A stretch of 64,000 nucleotides of DNA from Clostridia bacterium (GTDB lineage: Bacteria > Bacillota > Clostridia > Oscillospirales > CAG-272): positions 1,719-65,718 of the forward strand of contig JAGASS010000027.1 in NCBI GenBank assembly GCA_017621655.1, written 5' to 3'. Shown piece after piece: positions 9,901 through 17,974 of the stretch. The notes below the pieces were generated by a model. It did not search any database. It was not told where the DNA came from and saw only the letters and a list, made by a program, of their open reading frames with translations. Numbering within the stretch: position 1 is the first letter of the stretch; each line of letters starts with the position of its first letter. Position numbers and translations under genes: made by a program.

Positions 9901-11014
9901 ATTCGATATCGAGCTTCCCTATATCGTATCTCCTCCGCTTCGAGATGACGAGCGCGACCGTTACGAATGTCCGGGCAAGAGCAAATACCATTCGTCCCTG
10001 TACTTCCATTGCGTAAAGGCGATAGAACGCTCGCTTGAATTCGGTCCTCACGGGCTTCCCCTGATGGGCGGCGGCGACTGGAACGACGGAATGAACGAGG
10101 TAGGAGACTGCGGAGGCGAGAGCGTATGGCTCGGAATGTTCCTCTCGGTCGTTCTTGATTCCTTCTTGCCGATAGCGACCAAAATGGGCGACCTTTCGGG
10201 CGCCTCCAAATACCGACGCATACGCGACGGGCTTATCGCGTCAGTCGAAAAATGCTTCGACGGTCAAAAATATCTCCGCGCGTTCTTTGCGGACGGCAAG
10301 GAGGTAGGCGGTGATTCCTTTACCGATATCCTTCCGCAGGCGTTCTCGGTATTCGCAAAATGCGACGAAAAACGGTCAAAAACGGCACTTAAAACGGCGT
10401 TTAAGCGCCTGTTTTTACCCGAAAACGGCACGTTTTTGCTCCTTTCTCCGCCCTTTTCGCGCCCGTCTGAGCGCGAGGTCGGGTATATATCGTCCTACCC
10501 CTGCGGTATCCGCGAAAACGGCGGACAGTATACTCACGCCGCCGCTTGGGCGGTAATGGCTATGGCTGAGGTGAAAATGAACTCCGAGGCGATAGAGACG
10601 CTGACGGCGATAAACCCTGCGTCTATCTGCCGCACGCGCGAGGGTGCCGAGCGCTACAGAGGCGAGCCGTATTTCGTTGCAGGTGACGTGTCGGGCGCTC
10701 CCGACAGTATCGGCAGATGCGGCTGGTCACTCTATACCGGCTCTGCCGGCTGGGTCTTCAACGCGATATTCGCATCTATCCTCGGCATCGTTATCGACGG
10801 CGACACCTTCACGGTAAACCCGACCCTCTCCCCCGACCTGCCCTGCTACACTGCGATCTTCACCCACCTTTCCTCGACCTACGAAATAACCGTCCACCGA
10901 GGTGAAAAAAACAGATACTGCCTCGACGGCAAAAATGTAAACAATTTATTTCATTTTGATAAAAACTACCATTTACTTGAAATAACGGTTGAAATTTCTT
11001 CCGATTTGGAGTAA
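3965..11014 (+). CDS. Cyclic beta-1,2-glucan synthase-like multidomain protein (GT84 glycosyltransferase + glucoamylase-like/cyclization domain + GH94 phosphorylase-like domain)
   Basis: 2349 aa. The GT region has ITLDSDTRL and SHRWIRGDIQ flanked by TM helices. The middle domain has NHLPPDNIQFTPDERVAHRTSPTNIGLYLLS, STVDSGNF, FEYLMPSL and GEYGFYEAID. The C-terminal GH94 hallmarks are YQSGGAYGFRDQLQD, RYSDDLLWLPY, GGGDWNDGMN and GGQYTHAAAW. Confidence 0.85.
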   Translation: MKNRRISIKLLSASLYKKYGSSEIFPLLSPYMEDLRGRIAYPHFFEAIKKTVSPSFTTDPKKIANTVGKNIRYKPLSHFYTYAVINALVSLNEAPPTEDMLARTVDYLKSLHSLETEELYYELSEAERILSESKYFKNCDTETKNECRRQVILSSRKHKISESEAATLFLSRDPFEREKGIASRLYFPILGIMTAAFSVVSLIVTKNPAFFFFTLLPMSEGAKQLTDYIFSHFVRTVPIPKKKLKSIPDNAKTLTVITSLLTGKESDLELCKKIRDCAYSNKEVNAYFGLLCDLKESDGPTSPSDRETEKRIADAIDEMNERYGINIILFLRDRRYAPSEDKYMGWERKRGAIIELTRYLKGKETSIRVLCGDPTPIFDTKYIITLDSDTRLYTGAVVDLVGTMLHPSNTPVIKNGRVVKGHAILQPKMEASLLSTEKTPFTVLTSDGVGDIYASASYETYQSIFGEGIFCGKGIFDLDAYSALIDGAFQDGAVLSHDLLEGSRLRAGAVTDITLTDDIPKSPLSHLDRSHRWIRGDIQALAFAGKYCKDENGRQYKNPISPLSVYKIYDNVRRALTPISSFAALLLCIFRPSHLSPYISLLALAYLIIPFFLSLLSTLKSIGRRFFSHLIPASLSAVLNFIYSLSSLTHTALRNADAILRAGFRMLFSRKKLLEWKTASESDSMKGLPLVLYSMLPSIAIGLSLLIFCPRLPLKILGALTFLFPFACHLLGKPFKTPEKISRSDENQLLEYARDSWKFFSQRVNKEENHLPPDNIQFTPDERVAHRTSPTNIGLYLLSVCASCKLEIINEKEALSRIDNTLNTVILLPKWHGHLYNWYDTETLFILGQSYISTVDSGNFITALVTVRELLLSNFEADERREEIIKKADKLIADADFSYLYNEKKKLMLIGINPEKPDRDPPCYDFFTSEERTTSFYAIARGDVPREHWKYLRRIPTVIGGYTALTSWTGTAFEYLMPSLITPTLRGSLSYEALSSAVREQKRTLCQGVWGRSESGYFDFDRDLNYQYKAFGVQSLALKNGIDKDKVVSPYSSFLALPFDRAAALSNLKRLKRKGMYGEYGFYEAIDMTPERVGHGYAVIKSQMAHHVGMSLVAIANACLDNIFVKAFMSDPHCSSALGLLTEKVPRKAISIRRKKSVTKRSIIPEPLPRLFALEKPQENEKATLISEGGASAVMMGDMLRLSALKSEITLDPFVFGRIYRPRLIMSIDNATFDLMRGRHKEGHGRISRTHDTRRFTSEMSLSLFPNAKTFVISISAEGHFEKVTPMLVLFPSLSSSADRLSHPAYSDIMVVSEYCETERALLFRKQEKSAEDGEKCLAISFESGSGGEEFITGREYLPEMFGENDVEALIKKEFDNKTGTFSEPFCAIRKTSQTNGKYLSNILITVGRSKEEVLSRLNLARKQIKSGKGKNGAYIAERAIKAKIGGIPILASDPRGKTLLSEILSAVLVPKKRTPVGTYCVGDFYKYGISGDNPIMTVILGRDFTKNSPAYKWLKLFVLCHKHLNLSGIKLDTVVLYDSGGEYMSVTKSALTEAVNECAAGFFLKGGIYLIDGCDRDLFENTASVVAELDTAFTLDAFISKNAGEVTPETQPITAVTRVKSYPPKDALHVCGGYFSENGFTLLKSERGEKKLPHSYVYALNHFGTLVTDCSLGYTWIGNSHERRITAFIPDLRRHLNGEKLIATVADAEYDLIACSHTVSFNRGETVWEGKAGPISYTVTASIDTKLPCKAVTVTYIGNADIKTEYRITPVLGDVPRRNRPIRVEERDGVTLYNAAVSDCSDTAFLVKYVFDGTVCFLLGAFPKGRTRVLETVMQKYRTRNDFRLCAEEYEKTLSELLPNLKLSTPDRYLSVMTEYYLPYQALVCRFYGRTGFYQSGGAYGFRDQLQDCLSIMLSAPKVAKTHILRCACRQYEEGDVNHWWHVIKGERRGVRTRYSDDLLWLPYVASKYAAFTDDHDIFDIELPYIVSPPLRDDERDRYECPGKSKYHSSLYFHCVKAIERSLEFGPHGLPLMGGGDWNDGMNEVGDCGGESVWLGMFLSVVLDSFLPIATKMGDLSGASKYRRIRDGLIASVEKCFDGQKYLRAFFADGKEVGGDSFTDILPQAFSVFAKCDEKRSKTALKTAFKRLFLPENGTFLLLSPPFSRPSEREVGYISSYPCGIRENGGQYTHAAAWAVMAMAEVKMNSEAIETLTAINPASICRTREGAERYRGEPYFVAGDVSGAPDSIGRCGWSLYTGSAGWVFNAIFASILGIVIDGDTFTVNPTLSPDLPCYTAIFTHLSSTYEITVHRGEKNRYCLDGKNVNNLFHFDKNYHLLEITVEISSDLE

Positions 11015-11048
11015 AATAGGTGCAGTAAACTAATTGGAGTAACTATTT

Positions 11049-12344
11049 ATGCTGCCGATAAGGAAAATGATAGGCGACGGAGTCGCTCTAAATATAATAC
11101 CGACCGACAAATTCAAGACGAACTGTATAAGTGTCCGTTTCCTCTGCCCTATGGCGGAGGAGACGGCGGCGCTCAATGCACTTCTTCCGTCAGTTCTCAA
11201 AAGAGGTTGCTTCCGTTTACCGACGATGTCGGACATCGTAAAGGAGCTTCAGATGCTTTACGGCTCGGAGCTTCAGAGTAGCGTCGGACGCTTCGGAGAT
11301 ACTCAGTATCTCGGCTTTACCTCCTTTCCTCTTCGTAACGAATATACCGAGGGCATGAACGTAAGCAGCGAGATCCTTTCCCTTATGTCGGAGCTGATAA
11401 ACAAGCCGCTGCTTGAAAACGGCGTGCTTAAAGCCGAATACGTTGAAAGCGAGAAAAGAACGCTTACCGACCGCGTTAAAGCCGCGATAAACAATAAGAC
11501 CTCCTACGCTATCCGCCGCTGTGTCGAGGAAATGGGAAAGGGAGACTCCTCCTCTATTCCCGACACGGGAACGGTCGAGCAGATCGCGGCGGTCACTCCC
11601 GAGGCGCTCACGAAGCGTCTTAATGAAATTATAAATACCGCAAATATAGAGATCTGGTGCGCAGGCGTATTTGACGAAGCAGAGCTTGAAAATGACTGTG
11701 TTCGTCTCTTCGTACGTGATAACCGCGCCCCTGTTCCGAAAGCAGAGGTTGCTCCCATCGCGCCTGTTACCGAGGTCAACAACGTGACCGAGGATCAGCC
11801 CGTTAAGCAGGGCAAGCTTTCCCTCGGCTTTACGACCTCGCTCCGTCCCTCGCCCGACGCTTCGCCGTCCTTTAACCTTTTCCTCGGCGTTCTTTCAAGC
11901 TCGCCGACATCAAAGCTCTTTATGAACGTCCGCGAGAAGCTTTCGCTCTGCTACTACTGCTACGCGATCCCCGACCGTCAGAAAGGTACGATCGTCATTT
12001 CAAACGGAATCGAGGTTCAGAATAAGGACGTTGCCGAGCGCGCGATCCTTGACGAAATTGAAGCAGTAAAGAACGGAAATATCACGGAGGATGAGCTTGA
12101 GGGCGCGAGAATGTCGCTCATCAGCGGCTGGAAAAGCATCCGTGACGACGAGATGGCGATCATCAATTGGTACTTCTCGCAGATCTATTGGGGAAAATTC
12201 GTTTCCCCCGAGGAATACGCCGAAAGATGCGTTTCTCTTACCGCGTCCGACGTTGCTTACGTTGCGTCGACCTTGAAGCTTCACACGGTATATTTCCTTA
12301 ACGGAACTCTGACAGGCGAAAGTGAGGACGAGGATTATGAATAA
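11049..12344 (+). CDS. M16 (pitrilysin/insulinase) family protein, non-catalytic partner (no HxxEH)
   Basis: 431 aa with M16-like length and layout. No HxxEH motif is present. It is translationally coupled to the next M16 gene. Confidence 0.75.
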   Translation: MLPIRKMIGDGVALNIIPTDKFKTNCISVRFLCPMAEETAALNALLPSVLKRGCFRLPTMSDIVKELQMLYGSELQSSVGRFGDTQYLGFTSFPLRNEYTEGMNVSSEILSLMSELINKPLLENGVLKAEYVESEKRTLTDRVKAAINNKTSYAIRRCVEEMGKGDSSSIPDTGTVEQIAAVTPEALTKRLNEIINTANIEIWCAGVFDEAELENDCVRLFVRDNRAPVPKAEVAPIAPVTEVNNVTEDQPVKQGKLSLGFTTSLRPSPDASPSFNLFLGVLSSSPTSKLFMNVREKLSLCYYCYAIPDRQKGTIVISNGIEVQNKDVAERAILDEIEAVKNGNITEDELEGARMSLISGWKSIRDDEMAIINWYFSQIYWGKFVSPEEYAERCVSLTASDVAYVASTLKLHTVYFLNGTLTGESEDEDYE

Positions 12345-13623
12345 GCCCATAACGGTAAAAAGCGAGCTGCTCGGCGAGAGCTACACTGTCGTCACTCACA
12401 AAAGCGGCCTTAAGATATACGTTTTCCCGAAGGACCTGACGTCCTCCTACTGCCTTATCGCAACGCGATTCGGCTCGGTTGACAACACCTTCAAGGTGGG
12501 TGACGAAAAGGAATACGTGACCGTCCCCGACGGAGTTGCCCACTTCCTTGAGCACAAGCTCTTTGAAAACGAGGACGGAGAGGACACCTTTGTAAAATTC
12601 GCGCGTACCGGCGCAGATGCGAATGCCTACACGTCCTTCCGCGTTACCGCTTATCTATGCTCCTGCGTCGACGAGCTTTATCCGTCACTCGAAATACTCC
12701 TTACCTCCGTATTCTCCCCATATTTTACCGAGGAGAACGTCAAGAAGGAGCAAGGCATCATCGCTCAGGAGATAAGACAGGGCGAGGACAATCCCTCAAA
12801 TGCCGTTCAGTACGGAATGCTCGAGGGTCTGTATGAAAGAAACAGCGTCCGCATCAACATCGCAGGTACGGTTCCCTCAATAATGAAAATAACGCCCGAA
12901 ACGCTCTACCGCTGTCACAAGGCGTTCTACAATCCCTCGAATATGGCGCTCTGCGTCTGCGGTCAGGCGACGCTCGACGAGGTGCTCAAGGTTGCGGACA
13001 AGTGTTTACACGGAATCGATCCGATCCCCGTAGTAAGCCGAACTGTGACCGAGAACAAGGCGGCATTCAGAAAGCGCGTAACCAAGAAAATGCAGGTATC
13101 GAAGCCGATCGTCTGCATCGGCGTAAAGGAGGTGGGTATTTCTTCCGACCCCGAGGAAAGAGTAAAGAAGAGCATCGCCTTTGATCTCATTTCCGCTATC
13201 TGCTTTGAAAAATCGTCAGATTTCTACGCTTCTCTATACGAAGGCGGACTTATCTCCCCCTCGTTCAGCACCTGGTACGAGCATACGGAATCGTTCTCGT
13301 TCTTTTCGGTGTTCACCGATACCGACGAACCGGAGACGCTCTATAAGAAATTTGAAGAGTACACGCAAAACGGTCTATATGACGCGATAACTCCCAAAAG
13401 CTTCGAGCGTGCTCGCCGAGTGCTTTATTCGGCATTCATCAAGAGCTTCGACAGCACGGAGGACATCGCAAACGATCTCATCGTCGATTTCGCGCTTGAG
13501 GGAGCAGAAATTTTCAAATACACCGATCACGTTAAAAACATCACCGCCGACTACGTAACAGAGGTAGCCAAGGAGCTGTTCAAGCCCGAAGCGTACACGA
13601 TGTCGGTCGTTGAGCCAATATGA
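12337..13623 (+). CDS. M16 family zinc peptidase (HFLEH active-site motif)
   Basis: GVAHFLEHKLFENEDG is the inverted zincin HxxEH motif. ATG 12337 overlaps the upstream stop (TATGAATAA), so it is preferred over the track start at 12322. Confidence 0.85.
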   Translation: MNKPITVKSELLGESYTVVTHKSGLKIYVFPKDLTSSYCLIATRFGSVDNTFKVGDEKEYVTVPDGVAHFLEHKLFENEDGEDTFVKFARTGADANAYTSFRVTAYLCSCVDELYPSLEILLTSVFSPYFTEENVKKEQGIIAQEIRQGEDNPSNAVQYGMLEGLYERNSVRINIAGTVPSIMKITPETLYRCHKAFYNPSNMALCVCGQATLDEVLKVADKCLHGIDPIPVVSRTVTENKAAFRKRVTKKMQVSKPIVCIGVKEVGISSDPEERVKKSIAFDLISAICFEKSSDFYASLYEGGLISPSFSTWYEHTESFSFFSVFTDTDEPETLYKKFEEYTQNGLYDAITPKSFERARRVLYSAFIKSFDSTEDIANDLIVDFALEGAEIFKYTDHVKNITADYVTEVAKELFKPEAYTMSVVEPI

Positions 13624-13631
13624 GGTGACTT

Positions 13632-14582
13632 ATGAATAAAATATCTTTCCCCGGTCTGGGGATAAAGGAATTCAAGCTCAACCCAATTGCCTTTGAGATC
13701 TTCGGCAAGCCCGTCGCTTGGTACGGCATCATCATTTCCTTTGCCATGATACTCGCGGTTTTGTACGTTCTCTACCGTGCAAAGCAGAGCGACAGTATCA
13801 AGCAGGACGACGTTTTCGACTACGCCATCTGGGCTATACCGCTTGGAGTTATCGGAGCGCGTATTTACTACGTCGCAACGAAATTTGAGGATTACAAGGC
13901 GGATTCTATCCTTGAGACCTTCAAAAACTGCATTGCGATATGGGAAGGCGGAATTGCCATATACGGCGCAATAATCGGCGGTGCGCTCGGTCTTATCATC
14001 GCCTCGCGCATAAAGAAGATAAAGCCGCTTAAGATATTCGATATGGTAGCTCCCGCCGTTATGATCGCGCAGGCGATCGGCAGATGGGGCAACTTCTGCA
14101 ACGCCGAGGCACACGGCGGCCCTACGTCTCTACCGTGGCGCATGGGTATACGTAACGACGAAAATCCGACTGCAATTTTCGTCCATCCGACATTTCTTTA
14201 CGAGTCTCTTTGGAATATTCTCGGATTTATACTTATCAACCTATTTTATAAAAAGAAGAAATACGACGGACAGATCCTCGTTATGTACCTGACCTGGTAC
14301 GGCTTCGGCAGAATGCTTATTGAGGGTCTGCGCACCGACTCCCTTTACGTTCTCGGCTTCCGCATTTCGCAGATCGTCGGCTTCCTCTGCTTCTTTATCG
14401 GAATTTGTATCCTTACAGCGATGGAGATAATCCGTTACCTCCGCAAAAAGGACGCGTCGGCTGTGACCGAAGCGGCGGTAAATGAAGAAGCAACCGAGGT
14501 CAAGGAAGAAATTAAGGAAGAAAAGAAGGACGACGGAGTTTTTGAGATCGCCGACAGTTACAGCGACGACGATGACGAATGA
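13632..14582 (+). CDS. lgt: Prolipoprotein diacylglyceryl transferase with acidic C-terminal tail
   Basis: The [17 protein letters not shown] signature, multiple TM helices and [11 protein letters not shown]. Confidence 0.9.
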   Translation: MNKISFPGLGIKEFKLNPIAFEIFGKPVAWYGIIISFAMILAVLYVLYRAKQSDSIKQDDVFDYAIWAIPLGVIGARIYYVATKFEDYKADSILETFKNCIAIWEGGIAIYGAIIGGALGLIIASRIKKIKPLKIFDMVAPAVMIAQAIGRWGNFCNAEAHGGPTSLPWRMGIRNDENPTAIFVHPTFLYESLWNILGFILINLFYKKKKYDGQILVMYLTWYGFGRMLIEGLRTDSLYVLGFRISQIVGFLCFFIGICILTAMEIIRYLRKKDASAVTEAAVNEEATEVKEEIKEEKKDDGVFEIADSYSDDDDE

Positions 14583-14595
14583 AAGGACAAGCATA

Positions 14596-15435
14596 ATGAA
14601 CATAATCAACGGTAAAGAAATATCGGCGTCTATCCGCGCCGAGATCAAGGCAGAAACAGAAAAAATGAGCGTCCGTCCCGGACTTGCCGTCATTCTCGTC
14701 GGCAGTGATCCCGCTTCACAGGTCTACGTTCGCAACAAGAACAAGGCGTGCGAGGAGGTCGGCTTCTACTCGGAAATGTATACGCTTCCCGAGGAAACGA
14801 GCATGGAGGAGCTTCTCGGTCTTATTGATCAGCTCAATCACAGTCCGCAGATACACGGTATCCTCGTTCAGCTTCCGCTTCCTAAGCATCTTGACGAGGA
14901 GAAGGTAATTCTCGCGATCAACCCCGAAAAGGACGTTGACGCCTTTCATCCCGTAAACGTCGGCAAGATAATGATAGGAAACCACTCCTTCCTTCCCTGC
15001 ACTCCCGCAGGCGTTATGGAGCTTCTTTCACGAAGCGGAATTGACGTAACGGGTAAGGAATGCGTCGTTATCGGACGCTCGAACATCGTAGGCAAGCCCC
15101 AGGCAATGCTTCTTCTTCACGCAAACGGTACCGTTACCGTCTGCCATTCGAGAACGAAGGATCTTGCAAAGATCTGCGCTCGCGCCGACATTCTTGTCTC
15201 GGCTATCGGAAAAGCGAAGTTCGTAACCCCCGACATGGTAAAGGAGGGCGCGGTCGTTATCGACGTCGGTATAAACCGCGACGAAAACGGCAAGCTTTGC
15301 GGTGACGTTGACTTTGAAAACGTCGCTCCCAAGACGTCATTTATCACTCCCGTGCCCGGCGGCGTCGGTCCCATGACCATCACGATGCTGATGAAAAATA
15401 CCCTCACCGCTGCCAAAAATATCGAAAACAGGTAA
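14596..15435 (+). CDS. folD: Bifunctional 5,10-methylenetetrahydrofolate dehydrogenase/cyclohydrolase
   Basis: [18 protein letters not shown]..., [42 protein letters not shown] and [10 protein letters not shown]. The track ORF start at 14482 overlaps the lgt tail and is rejected. Confidence 0.9.
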   Translation: MNIINGKEISASIRAEIKAETEKMSVRPGLAVILVGSDPASQVYVRNKNKACEEVGFYSEMYTLPEETSMEELLGLIDQLNHSPQIHGILVQLPLPKHLDEEKVILAINPEKDVDAFHPVNVGKIMIGNHSFLPCTPAGVMELLSRSGIDVTGKECVVIGRSNIVGKPQAMLLLHANGTVTVCHSRTKDLAKICARADILVSAIGKAKFVTPDMVKEGAVVIDVGINRDENGKLCGDVDFENVAPKTSFITPVPGGVGPMTITMLMKNTLTAAKNIENR

Positions 15436-15471
15436 GTTCATAAAAAGTTTACATTTGCAGATTCAAACCTG

Positions 15472-15501
15472 TTGACAAACCGATAAATTAAATGTTATAA
15501 T
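15472..15501 (+). promoter_or_regulatory. Candidate sigma-A promoter for rplU-prp-rpmA
   Basis: TTGACA (15472-15477), an 18-nt spacer, then TATAAT (15496-15501). Confidence 0.5.
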
Positions 15502-15594
15502 GTCATTTGCCGCGTGATCTACGGGTCATAAAAAGTACTTCGTACTTACCCGTATCAGCGAGTCTGCGGTTAAAATCCGCTTAATGAAAGTGAG
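15502..15594 (+). promoter_or_regulatory. Structured 5' leader upstream of rplU (possible L21-leader type autoregulatory RNA)
   Basis: A roughly 90-nt untranslated leader with hairpins (ACGGGT...ACCCGT, GCGGTTAAAATCCGC) in the position where Firmicutes carry the L21 leader. The family assignment has not been verified. Confidence 0.35.
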
Positions 15595-15603
15595 GTGCTT
15601 TTC

Positions 15604-15915
15604 GTGTTTGCAGTTATTGAAACCGGCGGAAAGCAGTACAAAGTCTCCGAAGGCGACGTAGTTTACGTAGAAAAGCTCGACGTAAACGAAGGCGAAACTG
15701 TTACCTTTGATAAGGTTCTTGCAGTTTCGGCAAACGATTCTTTCTCCTGCGGCGCTCCCTACGTTGAGGGCGCTACCGTTACTGCCAATGTCGTTAAGAA
15801 CGGCAAGGGCAAGAAGATCCACATTCTTCGCTACAAGTCCAAGAAGAATGAGAAGAAGAAGATCGGTCACAGACAGCCTTATACTAAGGTTCAGATCACC
15901 GCTATTAACGGCTAA
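15604..15915 (+). CDS. rplU: 50S ribosomal protein L21
   Basis: (V)[24 protein letters not shown]... The GTG at 15604 lies behind a GAGGTG RBS; the track start at 15595 is an alternative. Confidence 0.9.
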   Translation: MFAVIETGGKQYKVSEGDVVYVEKLDVNEGETVTFDKVLAVSANDSFSCGAPYVEGATVTANVVKNGKGKKIHILRYKSKKNEKKKIGHRQPYTKVQITAING

Positions 15916-15921
15916 TCTAAC

Positions 15922-16272
15922 ATGATCAAGGTCACATTCTTCAAAAGAGACGGCGTTTATTACGGCTTTCGCGAAACCGGTCATGCGGGATTCGACGATG
16001 CCGGCAAGGATATTGTCTGCGCGGCTGTGTCCGCGATGACGATGCTCGTTATAAATGCTATTGAGGTCTCTTACGAATCAAACGTTGAGTATTCTATCGA
16101 CGAAGATACCGCTGATATCGAGGTCAGAGTGCCGAGCGCACTTCCCGAGAACAGCGACGACGAAACGAAGCGTTTCGCCGTATCGGGTCTTATTGAGGCG
16201 TACTTCATGCAGCTTATTGATATGCTTGAGGATTACGACGAATATCTTGACGTAAACGAGGTCGAGGATTAA
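15922..16272 (+). CDS. prp: Ribosomal-processing cysteine protease Prp (L27 N-terminal maturation)
   Basis: MIKVTFFKRDG...GHAGFDDAGKDIVCAAVSA (His/Cys dyad context), in the canonical position between rplU and rpmA. Confidence 0.85.
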   Translation: MIKVTFFKRDGVYYGFRETGHAGFDDAGKDIVCAAVSAMTMLVINAIEVSYESNVEYSIDEDTADIEVRVPSALPENSDDETKRFAVSGLIEAYFMQLIDMLEDYDEYLDVNEVED

Positions 16273-16315
16273 ATTGTCCCGACAACCAATTAACGATTAA
16301 CGGAGGTAAGAAACG

Positions 16316-16594
16316 ATGTTGAAGCTTAATCTTCAATTCTTTGCTCATAAGAAGGGCGTTGGTTCCACTAAGAACGGCCGTGACTCTGAGTCCAAGCGTC
16401 TTGGTGCGAAGAAGGCTGACGGCCAGAGCGTAATCGCCGGCAATATCATTGTCAGACAGCGCGGAACTCACATCCACCCCGGTAAGAACGTAGGTCGCGG
16501 TAAGGACGATACCCTTTTCGCACTCACGAACGGTGTGGTCCGTTTCGAGCATATGACTAAGGATAAGAAGCGCGTCAGCGTTTACGAGGACTGA
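16316..16594 (+). CDS. rpmA: 50S ribosomal protein L27 with cleavable N-terminal extension
   Basis: [10 protein letters not shown]|[20 protein letters not shown]... Confidence 0.95.
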   Translation: MLKLNLQFFAHKKGVGSTKNGRDSESKRLGAKKADGQSVIAGNIIVRQRGTHIHPGKNVGRGKDDTLFALTNGVVRFEHMTKDKKRVSVYED

Positions 16595-16605
16595 TTCACC
16601 AAATA

Positions 16606-16635
16606 AAAAGAACGCCAATGGCGTTCTTTTTTTAT
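16606..16635. terminator. Bidirectional intrinsic terminator (hairpin family AAAGAACGCC-N4-GGCGTTCTTTT, copy 1)
   Basis: AAAAAGAACGCCAATGGCGTTCTTTTTTT lies between rpmA (+) and the DUF1273 gene (-). Confidence 0.75.
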
Positions 16636-17063
16636 TCTTCAGTAATAAATATTATCTTCTTTTTCTTCCTTTTTGCCATTTCATAATATTTGAATGCGCC
16701 GCCGTAAGACCTTGTCACGTATGCGATCACATAATCGGACGAGTTTAACATATACTTATTTCTGAAATCAATTCTGAATCTCGGCAGCGCCGATTCGATT
16801 CCGTCGGGAACGACGCATATCAAGCCGTCGTCAATGCTCCCGACTTTCGTCGGTATCCGTGATAACACGACTTGAAATTCAAAATTATATAACGGCGCAA
16901 GCTCCGTTAAAACGCTCTTTACGATTCTGTCAAAACCGCCGCTGTCACCCACTAAAAACATATCGACACCGCATTGAGTAGTCAGCTCAATAACCGCTTC
17001 TTTGACTTTTTCTTTTATCTCCCAAGGCGCATCACGGTGTCCGAAAAAAGTGCAGGTAATCAT
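16632..17063 (-). CDS. DUF1273 / YpsA-like SLOG-family protein
   Basis: MITCTFFGHRDAPWEIKEKVKEAV...MFLVGDSGGFD matches the GHR...G(x)GGFD pattern of DUF1273. ATG 17063 sits behind AAGAGAGGGAAA, so it is preferred over 17096. Confidence 0.7.
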   Translation of the reverse strand: MITCTFFGHRDAPWEIKEKVKEAVIELTTQCGVDMFLVGDSGGFDRIVKSVLTELAPLYNFEFQVVLSRIPTKVGSIDDGLICVVPDGIESALPRFRIDFRNKYMLNSSDYVIAYVTRSYGGAFKYYEMAKRKKKKIIFITEE

Positions 17064-17179
17064 TTTCCCTCTCTTACCATAAATTGATTTGCTCAATTAT
17101 AGCGAATTTATCGCTAAATGTCAATAGCGGATTTCTTTCTATCATATAATTTTATCAATGATATTGATGGAGGGATACT

Positions 17180-17395
17180 ATGCCGTACTACAAGCGGATC
17201 CGCGATCTTCGTGAGGATAAAGATATAACACAGGCACAGATGGGCAAAATACTGTCTTGCAGTCAGCGTGTTTACAGCAATTACGAGCGCGGCGATATTG
17301 ATATCCCGACTTCGACACTTGTAAGAATTGCAGATTTTCATAAGGTTTCGGTTGATTATTTGCTTAACCGTACAGATAATCCGAAGATGAATTGA
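17180..17395 (+). CDS. XRE-family helix-turn-helix transcriptional regulator (71 aa)
   Basis: IRDLREDKDITQAQMGKILSCSQRVYSNYERGDIDIPTSTLVRIADFHKVSVDYLL is a classic HTH_3 domain. Confidence 0.85.
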   Translation: MPYYKRIRDLREDKDITQAQMGKILSCSQRVYSNYERGDIDIPTSTLVRIADFHKVSVDYLLNRTDNPKMN

Positions 17396-17398
17396 CAA

Positions 17399-17641
17399 AT
17401 GAAAAGAATTATTGATACCGAAAACGTAAATATTATCGGCGCAAAAATTAAAGAAGCTCGTGAAAAATCGGGAATGAGTCAAAAGCAGCTTTCGGAAAAG
17501 CTTGAACTTATGGCTGTTTATACCTGCCGCGGCTCGATCTCCAGAATTGAAAACGGCAAACGCGCTGTAACCGATATCGAGATAGACGCGATTTCAAAAA
17601 TTTTGGACGTGTCACTTAATTATCTTTTTGATAGGGAATAA
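17399..17641 (+). CDS. XRE-family helix-turn-helix transcriptional regulator (80 aa)
   Basis: IKEAREKSGMSQKQLSEKLE...ISRIENGKRAVTDIEIDAISKILDVSLNYLF. Confidence 0.8.
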   Translation: MKRIIDTENVNIIGAKIKEAREKSGMSQKQLSEKLELMAVYTCRGSISRIENGKRAVTDIEIDAISKILDVSLNYLFDRE

Positions 17642-17668
17642 AAGAACGCCCACGGGCGTTTTTTATTT
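17641..17668 (+). terminator. Intrinsic terminator (hairpin family copy 2)
   Basis: AAAAGAACGCCCACGGGCGTTTTTTATTTT immediately after the second XRE gene. Confidence 0.7.
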
Positions 17669-17679
17669 TCGGAACGTTA

Positions 17680-17902
17680 TTGTAGGGGGCGACTGCCACG
17701 CGAACCCCCCAAAGCTCATTACATTCGCTTCGGGGAACCCCTCGCCCCACGCAAAAACGATGTTGCATCACATCCGAACACCTCATCCACCGCAGACGCA
17801 GCGTCTGCGGTCCCCCTTCCCCCGCTGGGGAAGGTAGACAACGTGGCGAATCTTCGATACGTTGTTTGTAGGGGGCGACGTCCTCGACGCCCCGTTTCGT
17901 AG
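17680..17902. repeat. Intergenic repeat family A, long composite copy (TGTAGGGGGCGAC ... CGACGCCCCG ends)
   Basis: It starts TTGTAGGGGGCGACTGCCACGCGAACCCCCCAAAGCTCATTACATTCGCTTCGGGGAACCCCT, continues through CGCAAAAACGATGTTGCATCAC and a CCGCAGACGCAGCGTCTGCGG hairpin, and ends TGTAGGGGGCGACGTCCTCGACGCCCCG. Related copies are listed below. Confidence 0.75.
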
Positions 17903-17974
17903 GCAGTGTATCTTTTTTGATTGAGGGAAAGATATTTTTCATAGAGTGTCGTGTGTTATAAAATATCAAGCGTG

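Noticed and set aside
14482-14595. The upstream extension of folD ([10 protein letters not shown]...) in the track ORF.
   Set aside because: It overlaps the acidic tail of lgt in another frame. The canonical FolD N-terminus MNIINGKEI starts at 14596.
17180-17641. Reading the two small tandem ORFs as a toxin-antitoxin pair.
   Set aside because: Both are plain XRE HTH domains. Neither resembles a toxin fold, and there is a 3-nt gap rather than the typical overlap.
17616-17969. Track ORFs lying in intergenic repeats: 17616-17969, 17628-17837, 26924-27109, 34941-35408, 25390-25929, 45328-45540, 58391-58639 and 58512-58724.
   Set aside because: They are composed of repeat families A, B or C and hairpin sequence. 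They read through terminators or the FMN riboswitch and have no RBS. They are most likely spurious.
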